A stretch of DNA of 64,000 nucleotides from Octopus sinensis. Lineage: Eukaryota. Position numbers and translations under genes: made by a program. The notes under the pieces were generated by a model. The model saw only the letters and a program-made list of their open reading frames with translations. It was not told where the DNA came from and did no database searches. The DNA is taken from contig NC_043013.1 in the NCBI RefSeq assembly GCF_006345805.1, positions 16,802,001 to 16,866,000 on the forward strand, in the 5' to 3' direction. Below, one piece after another: positions 1 through 12,395 of the stretch (positions are counted from its first letter, which is position 1; the number at the start of each line of letters is the position of its first letter).

Positions 1-78
1 CTCCAGTTTTTATTTGCTAATATACTATCAAATGGCTTTTAAGTGTCAGAACTTAACATCAATTTAATATAACAATAT

Positions 79-120
79 GCTTTGCTGAGGAGGGTTAATA
101 ACATCGAAACATGTCTACAG
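79..120 (+). ncRNA. Degenerate minimal type I hammerhead motif (Penelope-like)
   Basis: CTGAGGA (85-91), bulged stem II, GAAAC (106-110), palindromic ACATGT stem III, GTC triplet (113-115), imperfect stem I. Confidence 0.45.
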
Positions 121-732
121 TTGTCACTGTGTCCTAAAAAAGACTAGTTTAATATTTCCCCCTTCCCTTTGCTTGCATGACTATTTCCATTGTTGCCGAA
201 CTGAGATTTCAATAGAGTTAACTCTAATTTCAATTATTTGAGTCCAGGAGTTTTCACCCTTAGTCGTCTTGGACAAATTTAAACATTAATTCAATGTTTT
301 CCTCTCCTCAGTTCACTTAGAGTCTTGATTGCAACCAGTTTCGTTTGTCAACGCGTCAAGGGTTTCCACGCTTACTTTACAAATGCATTATCACGTGTCT
401 TTGGATGTCAAAACTTAACGTCTATATTATGCATTAGCATATGGCTTTATCTCAATTGCTTATCACCACATAAGAACATTTTCTTTTTCAATCAAATAAA
501 GCAATTCTTGTAAAATCCTTCTTGAACAAAACATTTTGCAGTCTGCTAGAGGGATGCCACAAACATTATCAAGGACTAATTCTAGTTAGCAAGTTAAGAA
601 TACAAACGAAATATTGAAATATTTTAAGGGTGTCGTTAGTAGTTCTACCTTATCAAAGATATAAACTCTTCTTTTGTATTGTTTCTCTCTCATTCTCTGT
701 GTGTCTCTGTCCATCTGTCAGCTTATCTTTCA

Positions 733-796
<64 letters not shown>

Positions 797-973
797 ACCC
801 TTTCTTTCTTTCTCCTCTTGGCTACAAATCATTTTGGAGAGAGAGAAAAGTAGTTCATTGGTTTTAGAAAAACTCTAAAGAATGGAAAGATATAAAGTCG
901 ATTGCAGTGGGATTCGAACTCAGACCGTAAAAGGGACATAATCAAACACTATAAGACATTTTGCTTCAAAACG

Positions 974-1298
974 CAATGGAACCTCGGCTTACGAATGCCT
1001 CTCATCACGAACAAAGCGGTTTCCAAGCAATTTTTCGAACATAAAATGTCTTGGGTAACGAACGATGTTTCATGCAACGAACATGCAAGCCGACAACAAC
1101 GGTTGGCGACAAGCTGAGGGTATCAGCAGAAGAACGTCAGTTGCTGTTTAGCTTTCGCTCAGCGCCGCACATCTCTGTTCAAATTTGCTGTGCTTTCTCT
1201 TGAATTTCCTTTGGGGCAAAACAATTTCCGTTTACGAACATTTCGGGTGACGAACGATCTTCGGAAACGAACTAAATTCGTAAACCGAGGTTCCACAG
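974..1298. mobile_element. Tigger/pogo-like MITE
   Basis: TIRs CAATGGAACCTCGGCTTACGAA / TTCGTAAACCGAGGTTCCACAG, TA on the right flank. Confidence 0.75.
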
Positions 1299-1779
1299 TA
1301 TTCTAGTTTTGCCAACTTTAATTATGCAGAAAAAATAAAAACAATAGGTTTACAGTTGCCATTAAATTTTAGAATGAATGTGCGTGTGCAGCGCTTGTCT
1401 GAATGCAAAGATGAATTTTAGTATTTTTCTGAATAGCCTTCAAAATTTATTTTCCGGAAACTGAGTTAATTAATTGATATTACACATTAATATACATGAA
1501 TGATAAAATATTATTTCATAATTTCGACATTTCTGATACTTTAAGGGAAACTTCAATGTAGCAGCAAAACATTTCGTGAAAACATGATGAGACTATCACA
1601 AAAAAAAGTTGTCTGCAATTTTTGCAGGGATCAGAAAAATTTTACAAAAAACTGGCATAAAATCATATTTAGTGAGGAAACATCTGTTTAACAATTTGCA
1701 TTTAATGCTCCTTTCAGTTGTCGTCCATCAAACGCAAGGTACAATCCCAAGTATACACATACAAAAGTCCAACAATGAT

Positions 1780-2095
1780 ATAGGACTCATTTTCTGCAAA
1801 GGAAGTGTAGGTATTTGGATAATTCTTCAAAGTAAAATCAGAAACTCTAAAGCATACCAGGATATTCTGAAGAAGCGGCCTACTTATATGATCATTTGTA
1901 ACCATACTTTATTCCAAAAGAATGGTGCAGCCTACCATTCAGTAAAATATATGAATGACTGGCTTACAGACAACGATATAACTCTTTTGGGTGCATTGCA
2001 AAGATCAGCTCCTAAACTGAACCCTGCAGAAAATCTGTTGGAATACATCATGAGAAAATTTACAGATTATAATGAGAAGAAAATTACCGGTTGAG
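1780..2095 (+). pseudogene. Decayed Tc1-like (DD34E) transposase fragment
   Basis: ORF 1609-2094: YQDIL...FQKNGAAYHS...WL...SAPKLNPAENL resembles QQDNAPxH...SPDLNPIEN. Confidence 0.7.
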
Positions 2096-2841
2096 ACACA
2101 GGAGATAATTCGAGATTGCTACAAAAATTTGGTCTTTAGCATACCTAACCACATCACTGATGTATTGGAGTAAAGGGTGTGTTATACCAAGTTGTCATCA
2201 ATATAATATTCGTTTCAAATTTTGGCACAAGGCCAGCAATTGTAAGGGGCAGGGTAAGTTCATACATTGAACCCAGTGTTTCACTGGTACTTATTTTATC
2301 GACCCCGACAAGATAAAAGTCAAAGTCGACCTCAACGGAATTTGAACTCTGAACGTAAAGACGGACGAAATGCCGCCAAGTATTTTTCCCCGGCGTGCTA
2401 ACGATTCTACCAGCTCGCCGCCTATCTCTTTCAAATTTTGGCACAAGGCCAACAGTTTTGGGGGAAGGAGCAAATCGATTACATCGACCCCAGTGTTCAA
2501 CTGGTACTTATTTTATCGACCCCGAAAGGATGAAAGTTAAAGTCTACCGTAGAAATTTTACCGGTGAGTGTGTTAAATTATAAGGCACAAAAAGAAAATG
2601 ACTCTCCCCAGACACAACGGAGTAAAAAGGGACGAAATTCCGTTAAGCATTTCGCCCGACAGGCGAACGTTTCTGCCAGCTTGCCACCTTCGTGATCCCT
2701 ATCAAACTGATATTTATTCCTTTGTAAATAGTCCCCGAGTTATTTACTTCTTTCATTCAAGAATACATTCCTGGATTTTTCATCTTCGACATTAATCACA
2801 GTATAAAACCATTTTTTCTAATAAATTCAGTTTTTATTGGA

Positions 2842-2895
<54 letters not shown>

Positions 2896-3944
2896 TACAT
2901 ATATAAACATACATAAACATTTATATGTATATATACGATATATATATATATACACATACATTCATACATGTATGATGAATAGACTATCATGAACCTCTTG
3001 GAGCACATCTTAATAGTCTAATCTGATCATTGGGTGTGCTCGACAACTGATTACCAATTGCGTCTACGTGATATAAGTAAACGAAAGAAATTAATCTCGA
3101 ATATAAAGAAAATACGCATATATTTACTTTGTAGTAATCTTCCGGTGCACCTAGATGCTTCATCATTTGATTTATCAGCTGGTGTAAAAAAAAGAGACGA
3201 GTTCCCATGAGGCCTAACTATAAATAGCTGTTGGTTACAAGCAGTTTCATATAAAGCGCGTGTGTGTGTGTACACACATATTACATATATACACACACAT
3301 ATATACACATACATACATATATGTATACATTTATATAAACATATATACATGCACACACGCACACACACAGAGTCTAGGGAGTAACGGTTTAGGCCAAAAC
3401 AAAAGCCTTTATAATTGATTGATCCATCTACAGCATATGACTGGTGTTATTTATTTTATTGTTCCTTTGTAATAGCAACGCCGAAATACTAGAAATTTTG
3501 TAGAAATTAGAACTTAGAAACTCACCACCTCCACTAACACTTTAGTCTTCATTTAATCAATCACACTCACTAAAGTCACTGCCACTTTGGTTGCTTACAA
3601 CCAGTTCACTTGTCATAGAAAGAGAGAGAGAGAGAGAGAGATGAAAGAAGGAGTTTGAGAGGACATGAGAGAAAGGAATGAGAGATAGAGAAATACAGAG
3701 CGAGAAAGAGAGAACACAAGGAAAAAGAAAGATGATAAGGGGCAAAAAACAAAGGAAGAGTTTATCTTAAAGGAATCTGGACCGTTAACACATCCCCGTT
3801 GCAATATCCTGATATTTAAATTAAGGTAAAAATACATCCCCCTTTTAACCCAGGTCCCTGTAACTTTTGATAGAGTAAGGCATGTAGAGGAATTAACGGG
3901 TGTTATTAACATCCCTAGTCTCTAACTATAGGCACAGAGTGAAA

Positions 3945-4387
3945 GCATTTAGCGATATTGATATCCTCCCTCTTTGAGACACAATAGTTTGAGATTACAA
4001 CCATCTTTGGCTAGTTTGACCCTGTTGTCTCCACTGATCTGATTGGTTGGCATCTAGCGCGGTCTGTCTCTCTACTTATTTCGCGCCAGGGTGTAAAGCC
4101 AACCAATCACGGCCTTCGGATAGGGCCTGCTTAAGATGCCCTTCTTTGAGCCTTGCACGGGCTATAAATAAGCTTGTTTTCACTATTCTCCGTCTTTCGC
4201 CTCCAGACCTTTTAAGGTCTAGTCACTGACCACAGAGCTACTCAGCCGTATTCCAGTTCCAGCGACAGACGACCAGCCTGCCAGCCATGCTCCTGCTTCA
4301 GTGGTATGGCGACGATGGTTGTAATCTCAAACGAGATCATTCTTATTGTGTCTCTCAAAGAGTTAGGATATCAATATCGCTACATGC
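3945..4387. mobile_element. Old foldback/MITE-like element with imperfect terminal inverted repeats
   Basis: TAGCGATATTGATATCCT...CTTTGAGACACAATA...GAGATTACAACCATC (3945-4005) versus its reverse complement at 4314-4387. Confidence 0.65.
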
Positions 4388-4594
4388 ATATAGAGACGAT
4401 AACTGATGTTATTACCGAAAAATTGACAGAATATCCAGTATTCTGCAACACACTAATGAGAAGTATATCATCGATGTATAGCCAATTAAATTCACACACT
4501 AGAATGTAACTTATTTTATTGAACCTCAGAACGATGCTCTAGCTTACAGCACTGATCTATAACATAGGCTCCAGTGCGCAAATAATAATAATTT

Positions 4595-5125
4595 CAAATT
4601 TTGGATAAGTCGATTACTTCGACCCCAGTGCTCAACTGGTACTTATTTTATCGACCCCGAAAGGATGAAAGGTAATGTCGAACTCGGCGGTATTTCGTCC
4701 GACGTGCTAACGATTCTTATTTCTTTACTGTCCACAAGGGGCTCCACACAGAGGGAACAAACGAGGACAGACAAACGGATTAAGTCGATTATATATATCG
4801 ATCCCCAGTGCGTAACCGGTACTTATTTAATCGACCCCGAAAGGATGAAAGGCAAAGTCGGCCTTGGCGGAATTTGAACCCAGAACGTAGCATCAGACGA
4901 AATACCTATTTCTTTATTACCCACAAGGGGCTAAACACAGAAGAGACAAACAAAGACAGACACACGGATTCAGTCGATTATCTCGACCCAGTGCGTAACT
5001 GGTACTTAATTTATCGACCCCGAAAGGATGAAAGGCAAAGTCGACCTCGGCAGAATTTGAACTCAGAACGTAGCGGCAGACGAAATACCGCTAAGCATTT
5101 CGCCCGGCGTGCTAACGATTCTGTT
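4595..5125 (-). mobile_element. Tandem cluster of SINE family B units
   Basis: Three repeats of GTACTTATT..ATCGACCCCGAAAGGATGAAAGG; B-box-like GAGTTCAAATTC. Confidence 0.85.
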
Positions 5126-5320
5126 ATTGAGTTACAGAGGTTATGGAAAGTGCGGGTAAAATGTATCCCTTTAATTATAGGTGCATTAGGAACAATCCCT
5201 AAAGATTCGAACCGATGGATAGAGGAAATTGGTTTTAAATATACCTTGTTTAGTGCAGTTCCGGAAAACAGTTATTAGGGGCTGCTAGGATACTTAGGAA
5301 GGTTCTTAGCATCTCAGGTT
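5125..5320 (+). pseudogene. C-terminal fragment of an RLE-type (R4/Dong-like) non-LTR retrotransposon
   Basis: IELQRLWKVRVKCIPLIIGALGTIPK, then (frameshifted) VRKTVIRGAARILRKVL, typical of the PIVIGALG...GTARILR end of R4-like ORFs. Confidence 0.7.
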
Positions 5321-6037
5321 ACTTGTTATGGCCCATGTTAGGGTTTTTACTTTTCCAACAGTATTTGACCGAAACTTGACTGTCACAAACCAGCCCATGC
5401 CTGTGATAATGTTTGCCCTCTACCGGACTACAAGTGTATCAGTGGTCATCTACTTTAAATACGTATCTTCTCAGTTTCAGCCCATGAACCGCATATGTTG
5501 ATGAGTGAGAAATCTTGGTCCTGTGAGTATAGCTTACACACACTCCACTCAGGGTTGACTTCAATGAAACGCTAAACTCTCTTCCTTGGCTTTAGCTTTC
5601 GTTCATTTTGACCCGATTCCTTCTCTGTCTTCTCTGTTTGTCTTTCTCTCTCTTTTTTACCTCTTTCTTCCTGTCTTTTTCGTTTTGTTTTCATTCACTC
5701 ACCTAGTCATTCTTTCATTCGCTCACTCACCTCACTTTCCCACTCGTTCACTCACTCACTCACTCACTCATTCATTCACCTACCCATGTATTTGCTCACT
5801 TATTGGAACCCTGTCACCCCCAGTCCTCCTCACTCTAATCTGCCTTCAACGATATAAAGTTTTTAAACTTTTTTTGGTTCTTTTAATAATGTTTCGTTTT
5901 ACTCATAATTTTTTTTTTTTTCTGTTGAAGAAATAGAAAGCATGAAGAAATAAAGACAGTTAATTGCTGTGTCTCAAGGTTATGCTTTCAAACTCCGCTA
6001 GAATCGAGTTTAATTTCAGTTCTCCACGGTCGATTAC

Positions 6038-6039
<2 letters not shown>

Positions 6040-6088
<49 letters not shown>

Positions 6089-6126
6089 AGTGTGTGTGTG
6101 TATGAGTGTGTGTGTGTGTGTGTATG

Positions 6127-6181
<55 letters not shown>

Positions 6182-6336
6182 CACTTTGTATCAGTGCAAT
6201 TATTACATGAAAGACTACTCAATACTTCTTTAGTAGAGTGGAATCGATTTTTTTGGAAGGTTGTCTTTGCGAGTCACCATTCAACATTTCACTTTCCGAT
6301 CTTCACCCAACTTGCTCTCCGTGTGTGTGTGTGTGT

Positions 6337-6387
<51 letters not shown>

Positions 6388-6416
6388 GTGTGTGTGTATT
6401 TATATATACACACACG

Positions 6417-6455
<39 letters not shown>

Positions 6456-6487
6456 GCACACACATACATATCTATCTATAAACAAGC

Positions 6488-6553
<66 letters not shown>
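6040..6553. repeat. Microsatellite block (GT)n, (TA)n, (GATA)n
   Basis: Read directly. Confidence 0.95.
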
Positions 6554-7311
6554 TCGTTGGCGACTAAACTGGTACACCCTCCAGACTAGCTTTGTGAGGA
6601 GGGTTACTTGAAACCCAGCAAGACTGAAAACAAGACCTACCAAAAGGACGGATGATCCCAGACTATATGTTCAACGTCTAACTAGCAGAAGCAGGGATAC
6701 TCAGAAATTCCGGGTTGAAGTCCGGCGTGCTGGAAGACCATTGAGGGCGAGACATCCCTTAGCTTTTGTTAAAGCATGTCTCTAGGAGAAGGCTACTTTG
6801 ATATAAAACCGGATACGCAAGGAATGGCATTGGACATTTTGAGGATATTTTACTTGCGCTTGAGATAACAGCGCTCCTACATTTCTGAGCTTAAATTGGC
6901 GCTGGATATCTTGCCTTGGCCTGTCTCTGGATCATGCTGATAAGATGGAGAGGGGCTATGAGGAGATGTGCAAGATTTGTTGAACCGAAACTTTCGCACA
7001 GGCATTGATTTATCAGTGACGGTCATACTCGTCTACTTGTTGACAGCCATCATGTATGTATGACGTGTGTGTGTATCTCGAACACATTGTCTTAAAATGT
7101 TCAGGTCTAAATGAATGTTGGACTCAATAAGTGTCCTGCTATAAATAACCACGTCCATCAATATCATGAGTTTAAACCCCAGTTAAGTTCTAAGTTCAGT
7201 GCCAGGGTAATAAAACAACTTCCTCTTTGGAGACAGAAAACATTTCAACTTCAAAGAATTACTTACTTTCTTCAAGAGATATGCGAGATTTACAATATTA
7301 TAACACTGCCA

Positions 7312-7722
7312 AGACAGCAAGCTGGCAGAATTGTTAGCACGCCGGGTGAAATGCTTAGTAGTATTTCGTCTGCCGTTACGTTCTGAGTCCTAATTCCGCC
7401 GGGGTCGACTTTGCCTTTCATCCTTTCGGGGTCGATTAAATAAGTACCAGTTACGCACTGGGGTCAATATAATCGACTTCATCCGTTTGTCTGTCCTTGT
7501 TTGTCCTCTCTGTGTTTAGCCCCTTGTGGGTAGTAAAGAAATGGGTATTTCGTCTGCCATAATGTTCTGAGTTCAAATTCCGCCGAGGTCGACTTTGTCT
7601 TTCATCCTTTCGGGGATCGATAAATTAAGCAACACTTGCGTACTGGGGTCGATCTAATCGACTAGCCTCCTCCCAAAAAATTTCGGGCCTTGTGCCTAGA
7701 GTAGAAAAGAATATTATAATGC
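7312..7722 (+). mobile_element. SINE family B (long unit plus headless short unit)
   Basis: AGCTGGCAGAATTGTTAGCACGCCGGG head; two core repeats. Confidence 0.85.
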
Positions 7723-7987
7723 TGCCATTTTTAGAACAGTTCTGCTGCTGTACACAAACATCATACACGACAATCAAAGACTGACTGCTTATGGAATCAC
7801 CCACAACCTTTCGCCCACTCATGTGCTACTTCTTTTCTCATTCTCCTCTCCTTTCTCTCTCTCTCTCTCTCGCATGCTCTCTGTCTTTAGCCCTCATTTC
7901 TCTCTCCCTCTCTCCCTCTCTTCTTATATATATGAAAAACGAACCTCCACCAACTATTCTGCCTATATGTCTGTGCACACCTTTGAA

Positions 7988-8176
7988 TGCAATGTATGCC
8001 AGAAGGTTTTCAAACCTAACGGAGGCTTCAAAAGACATTTTAAAATCCACAAAGATCAGAACTTATCTGCAGCTCTTGGTGGTCCAAATCGGATATGCAA
8101 TCTATGTGGGTGTCTTTTCAGAACATTGTCTGATTTAAAAAACCACATCAGATGCCATGATGGTTCTAAGGTATAG
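7988..8176 (+). other. Two C2H2 zinc fingers (CNVC...HFKIH; CNLC...HIRCH) ending in a stop; LINE 3' end or orphan ZNF exon
   Basis: C-x2-C-x3-F-x5-(F/L)-x2-H-x3-H appears twice in ORF 7823-8176, followed by a short 3' segment and a (CA)n(TA)n tail. Confidence 0.6.
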
Positions 8177-8218
8177 GTGCAGAAGGAGGTCAAACTCTGC
8201 ATAAGCAGTAGACAACCA

Positions 8219-8346
<128 letters not shown>

Positions 8347-8564
8347 CTGCTACTACAGTGGATTTTTCTCCTCAATGGACCTTCACTGAGGGCAAGCCGA
8401 CTCTGACAGGTTCCTTTCCTGCTTCGTCGAGGCCAACCTGCCTCACTCGTATCTCCTCGTCATGTTACCAATATTATGACTGACTCCATCCCTGAAGAAG
8501 GCTCTACATTAACCTCTGTTTCAGTCTTTCCTTTCTAGAACGTCTCGTATCTCACCAGCTTCCC

Positions 8565-8637
<73 letters not shown>

Positions 8638-8657
8638 TTTTCATTCGTATCATGCAG

Positions 8658-8700
8658 TTTCTCAAGGAGAACATTAGCCATATCGACCTGATCTGCGCCG
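8658..8700 (+). CDS. Candidate upstream exon of the EGF-ZP gene (FLKENISHIDLICA)
   Basis: A long CT tract and CATGCAG acceptor (AG 8656-57) precede it, and a G|GTGAGT donor follows at 8701. Only the phase-0 frame is open, and it ends in phase 1, matching the phase-1 EGF exon. Confidence 0.5.
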
Positions 8701-8713
8701 GTGAGTCTATTAG

Positions 8714-8910
8714 GGCCATAAATACAGCCCTTATCTTCATCGGGGGACCTGACACAGCTGTAAAGTTTCCTCTTCCATAAAAGGGCCTACTGAAACCGTA
8801 ACTAAAGCCCTTTTCTTCATCGGAGTCCTGCTGAGACTGTAAACACAGCCCCTTCTCCATCAAAGAGTCTGACAAGGCTATAATCACAGCCCCTTCATCC
8901 ATCGGAAGGC
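8714..8910. repeat. Degenerate ~40-bp tandem repeat, 5 units
   Basis: Recurrent (A/G)CTGTAA..CAGCCCTT..(TT/C)CATC motif with alternating unit types. Confidence 0.6.
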
Positions 8911-10358
8911 CTTTTGTATGTGTGTGTGTGTGTAGCTGAATGTCAGTGTATCAGGGTAAATTTGTGTACATGTCAATATGTGATAATTCAATCTCAGAAA
9001 TGGCCATTACTTACATCACCAATCGACTCTAAAAGGATCAAAAGCAAGGTCGTCTTCGGTGGGATTTGAACTCAGAACGTCAAAGAACGCAGTTAAAAGT
9101 ATTAAGTCTGGTACTATACAGTTACAACGAATTTTCACAGCAATCTTGGAAGTAATGACTTGCAATATTGTCCCAAGGACATAATTTTTGGAAGGAGAGT
9201 GTAATCATTTAAATCATTTAAAGCATATTAGTGATGCTCATTTTATTGAAGCAAGACCAGAACGCAATTACTCTGCAGGTATCCGAACTCAGAATAGCGA
9301 GACGTAACTAAATACCGCAAAATGTTTTGTACAACACTAGTCATTCCACCAATAATAATAATAATGGTTTCAAATTTTGGCCCAATGCCACCAATTTTAG
9401 TAACTTACTGGAACAAGGTTGACCTCCGCGGGGTTTGTGCTCAGAACATAAAAATATTGCTAAGCAATAATAATGATAATAATCCTTTCACCTATAGACA
9501 CAAAACCTGGAATTTTGCTGGAGGAGGTGGGGCTAGTCGATTACATCAAACCCAGTATTCAACTGGTCCTATTTGCTTCGACCCCGAAAGGATGAACGGC
9601 AAAGTCGGCTTCGGTGGCATTTGAACTCAGAAGCAAGCATTTTGTCCAGATCGATAACGATTTTTCCAGTTAGCCGCCTTTCATGATTTATAACATCGGT
9701 ACAAAGCCAGCGACTTTGAGGTTGAAGGTTTGTCAATCCCAACAATACCTATTTCTTTACTACCCACAAGGGGCTAAACACAGATTTTGACTTGGGACGT
9801 AAAGAACCAGAACACATAGTGTGAGACATTTTGTCCCGTGTTCTGATGAGTCTGGAAGCTCGCTGCAAATAGCTAACTCAAAAGAGTACATAGTTTCTCA
9901 CTATTTTATGTTCGACAAGATTAATTCTGAATAAAAATGCTTCGAGGAATCTCAATATATGACTGGCTGATCCTTGTAAGCGCAAGCACAAACACAGAGG
10001 TATACGTATACGACAATAAATCATTAGTTGTCCAAATTAATGTATTGCGAATAACTAATTACTCACCTTCATAAGTGTGTATATACACACTCACATAAAT
10101 ACACACACACACACATACACACATGCATGCATGTACACACGCACACACACATGCACACATGCCAACATGCACAGATACACGATCATCTCAGTTTTAAGTT
10201 TGATCTACGGAAAGTTAGAAACCTAAAAATAACTTTAGAAATATTCTTACCGTTTGCGAACTCTCGGCCTTGACTACACACGCGCATGCACACACTCGTG
10301 CACACACTCGTGCACACACACACACACACATACACACACACCACACACACACACACAC

Positions 10359-10397
<39 letters not shown>

Positions 10398-11092
10398 ATA
10401 CACACACGATGGCTGCAACCCGATTTTGCATAATGCCATCGCTTGATTGTTCTTTTAAGTATGAGCAGTTTCTTAGTCTTGTTAAGGACATATACACTAT
10501 TAACTTCAATTGGTGTTCAAAGAGTTACCACCAACGCTGAAGTATGACGTCATTCCATCATGGAATTTTTCATTGAATATTTTACCTTTCTCGATACAGC
10601 ACGTCGTATTATGCAATACATAATAGAGATGCTAATAGAGATGTTAAAAACTAAACGATGCCTGCGCCTGGAGCTCTTTGAAGTGACGAAATGTCTTGCA
10701 CTGGGCTAATCACTCTCTCTGAACAACGTATGGATTTAACCAAAATTAAGAAGTAATCTACATCACTGGATGCAAACGAAGTCGAAGGTCTTACATCAGA
10801 GTTTTACTTCTCTTAGAGGGATGTCTAAACAACGACTAGGGGATCTCTCTCACGCCCAGCTGTTAGATGGACGTTGACTCGACTGAGTTCATCTGCCTGC
10901 TGAAGATTTTGATTTTCCTCTTGTAGAATGTCCGACGAAAACGACCCTGACTTACCAAGCAGGCTTGGTAGTATTTAGTTGTACTAGGTCACATGTTACC
11001 AATATCACCATGAGTAAACTGATATGTATACATATACGCGCACACACAAACACACACACAAACAAGCACATACACACACACACACACACGTG

Positions 11093-11124
<32 letters not shown>

Positions 11125-11761
11125 TGTGTGTAGTGATATTCCTCCGATGAGGATGACCTGACCTTGCCTGAGGGATCTAAAGGAACTTGTGTTATTCCGT
11201 ACACCTACGATATTATGGTTTTTAATGAACATGGTTACGATATAAGCAATGGTTTACCGAAACAGCCGTCAAGATAAAACTATTACATAACTCATTCTGT
11301 TTATTTTGTATTCTTTATTTCGTACTCTGTGTATTTGTATTCCATATAAATATATTCATTCAGCCAACCTGTGTGTTAGCTACCTTTCTACCACCCAAGT
11401 AATGTATGCAACAGAAAGGAACACGAGAAAATAAAGAGAAAATAAAAACAGCTGTAGTGGCTAGCGGTCAGTCATGGCGATGCTTGGGCGGAGGTGGTCA
11501 GACAGGAGAGCTAGGAAGAAAGGGAGATAATAAAATAGTGGTGATCCCAAAACAAAGGTGCGCATGCGTATGTATGTGAGAGCATGTAAGTGTGTGCGTG
11601 TGGATTAGGGCTGGTGACCTTGACGTGTAGTGTGCGCATGTGTAGGTGTGTGGATGATTGTGTGGGTGCTGGGAAGTAGTCAGTACTAGCGTGTGCGGAG
11701 TGGTGTGATGTTGTGTGGCATGATGTGGTGTGTGGTGTGGTGTGGTGATGTGTGGTGTGTC

Positions 11762-11803
<42 letters not shown>

Positions 11804-11930
11804 TAACAATTAAGGATATCTCTTAATAAGGGATCTTAACAAGAAATTATCGGGTAGCTAGCGTGTGAAAACCTCATAAAAGAAAAGAATCCGAAATAAT
11901 TTTTTTCTTTTGAACAAATTAATTATATCT

Positions 11931-12354
11931 ATATTGTATAAGGGCATTATTACACATAAATGCCTCACACTAGGAGGGACAAAGTCATTACTACCAAAAA
12001 TTATACTAATCATACCCAAATGCAGTTTTTCAAAGCAAGACATTTAAAAATGAATTATGTTCTGTATCACCGTGATTTCACATACAACTTGCGTCTAATG
12101 ATCGTCAGCAGAACTGATTCTGAATACATCATAAATAACCAACCATAAGGTTGGTTTATTTATGATGTTTCAGAATCAGTTCTGCTGACGATCATTAGAC
12201 GCAAGTTGTATGTGAAATCACGGTGATACAGAACATAATTCATTTTTAAATGTCTTGCTTTGAAAAACTGCATTTGGGTATGATTAGTATAATTTTTGGT
12301 AGAATGACTTTGTCCCTCCTAGTGTGAGGCATTTATGTGTAATAATGCCTTTAT

Positions 12355-12361
<7 letters not shown>
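11931..12361. repeat. ~430-bp near-perfect palindrome (arms ~214 bp, 4-nt loop at 12145-12148)
   Basis: Arms compared by eye: about 4 mismatches/indels; ends lie in TA-rich sequence. Confidence 0.93.

Positions 12362-12395
<34 letters not shown>

Noticed and set aside
3520-3615. Possible - strand exon (pyrimidine tract, ACAAG acceptor, GTG|GTGAGT donor)
   Set aside because: All three frames contain stops and no partner exons were found; it can be at most non-coding, and I cannot support that.
4306-4509. ORF MATMVVISNEIILIVSLK as first exon of the EGF-ZP gene
   Set aside because: It lies within the right inverted arm of the foldback element, has no good donor and is a poor signal peptide.
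7111-7206. TATA box at ~7139 and AGG|GTAATA phase-0 donor as the missing first exon of EGF-ZP
   Set aside because: The in-frame ATG lies upstream of the TATA box, the peptide is not a signal sequence and the donor is weak.
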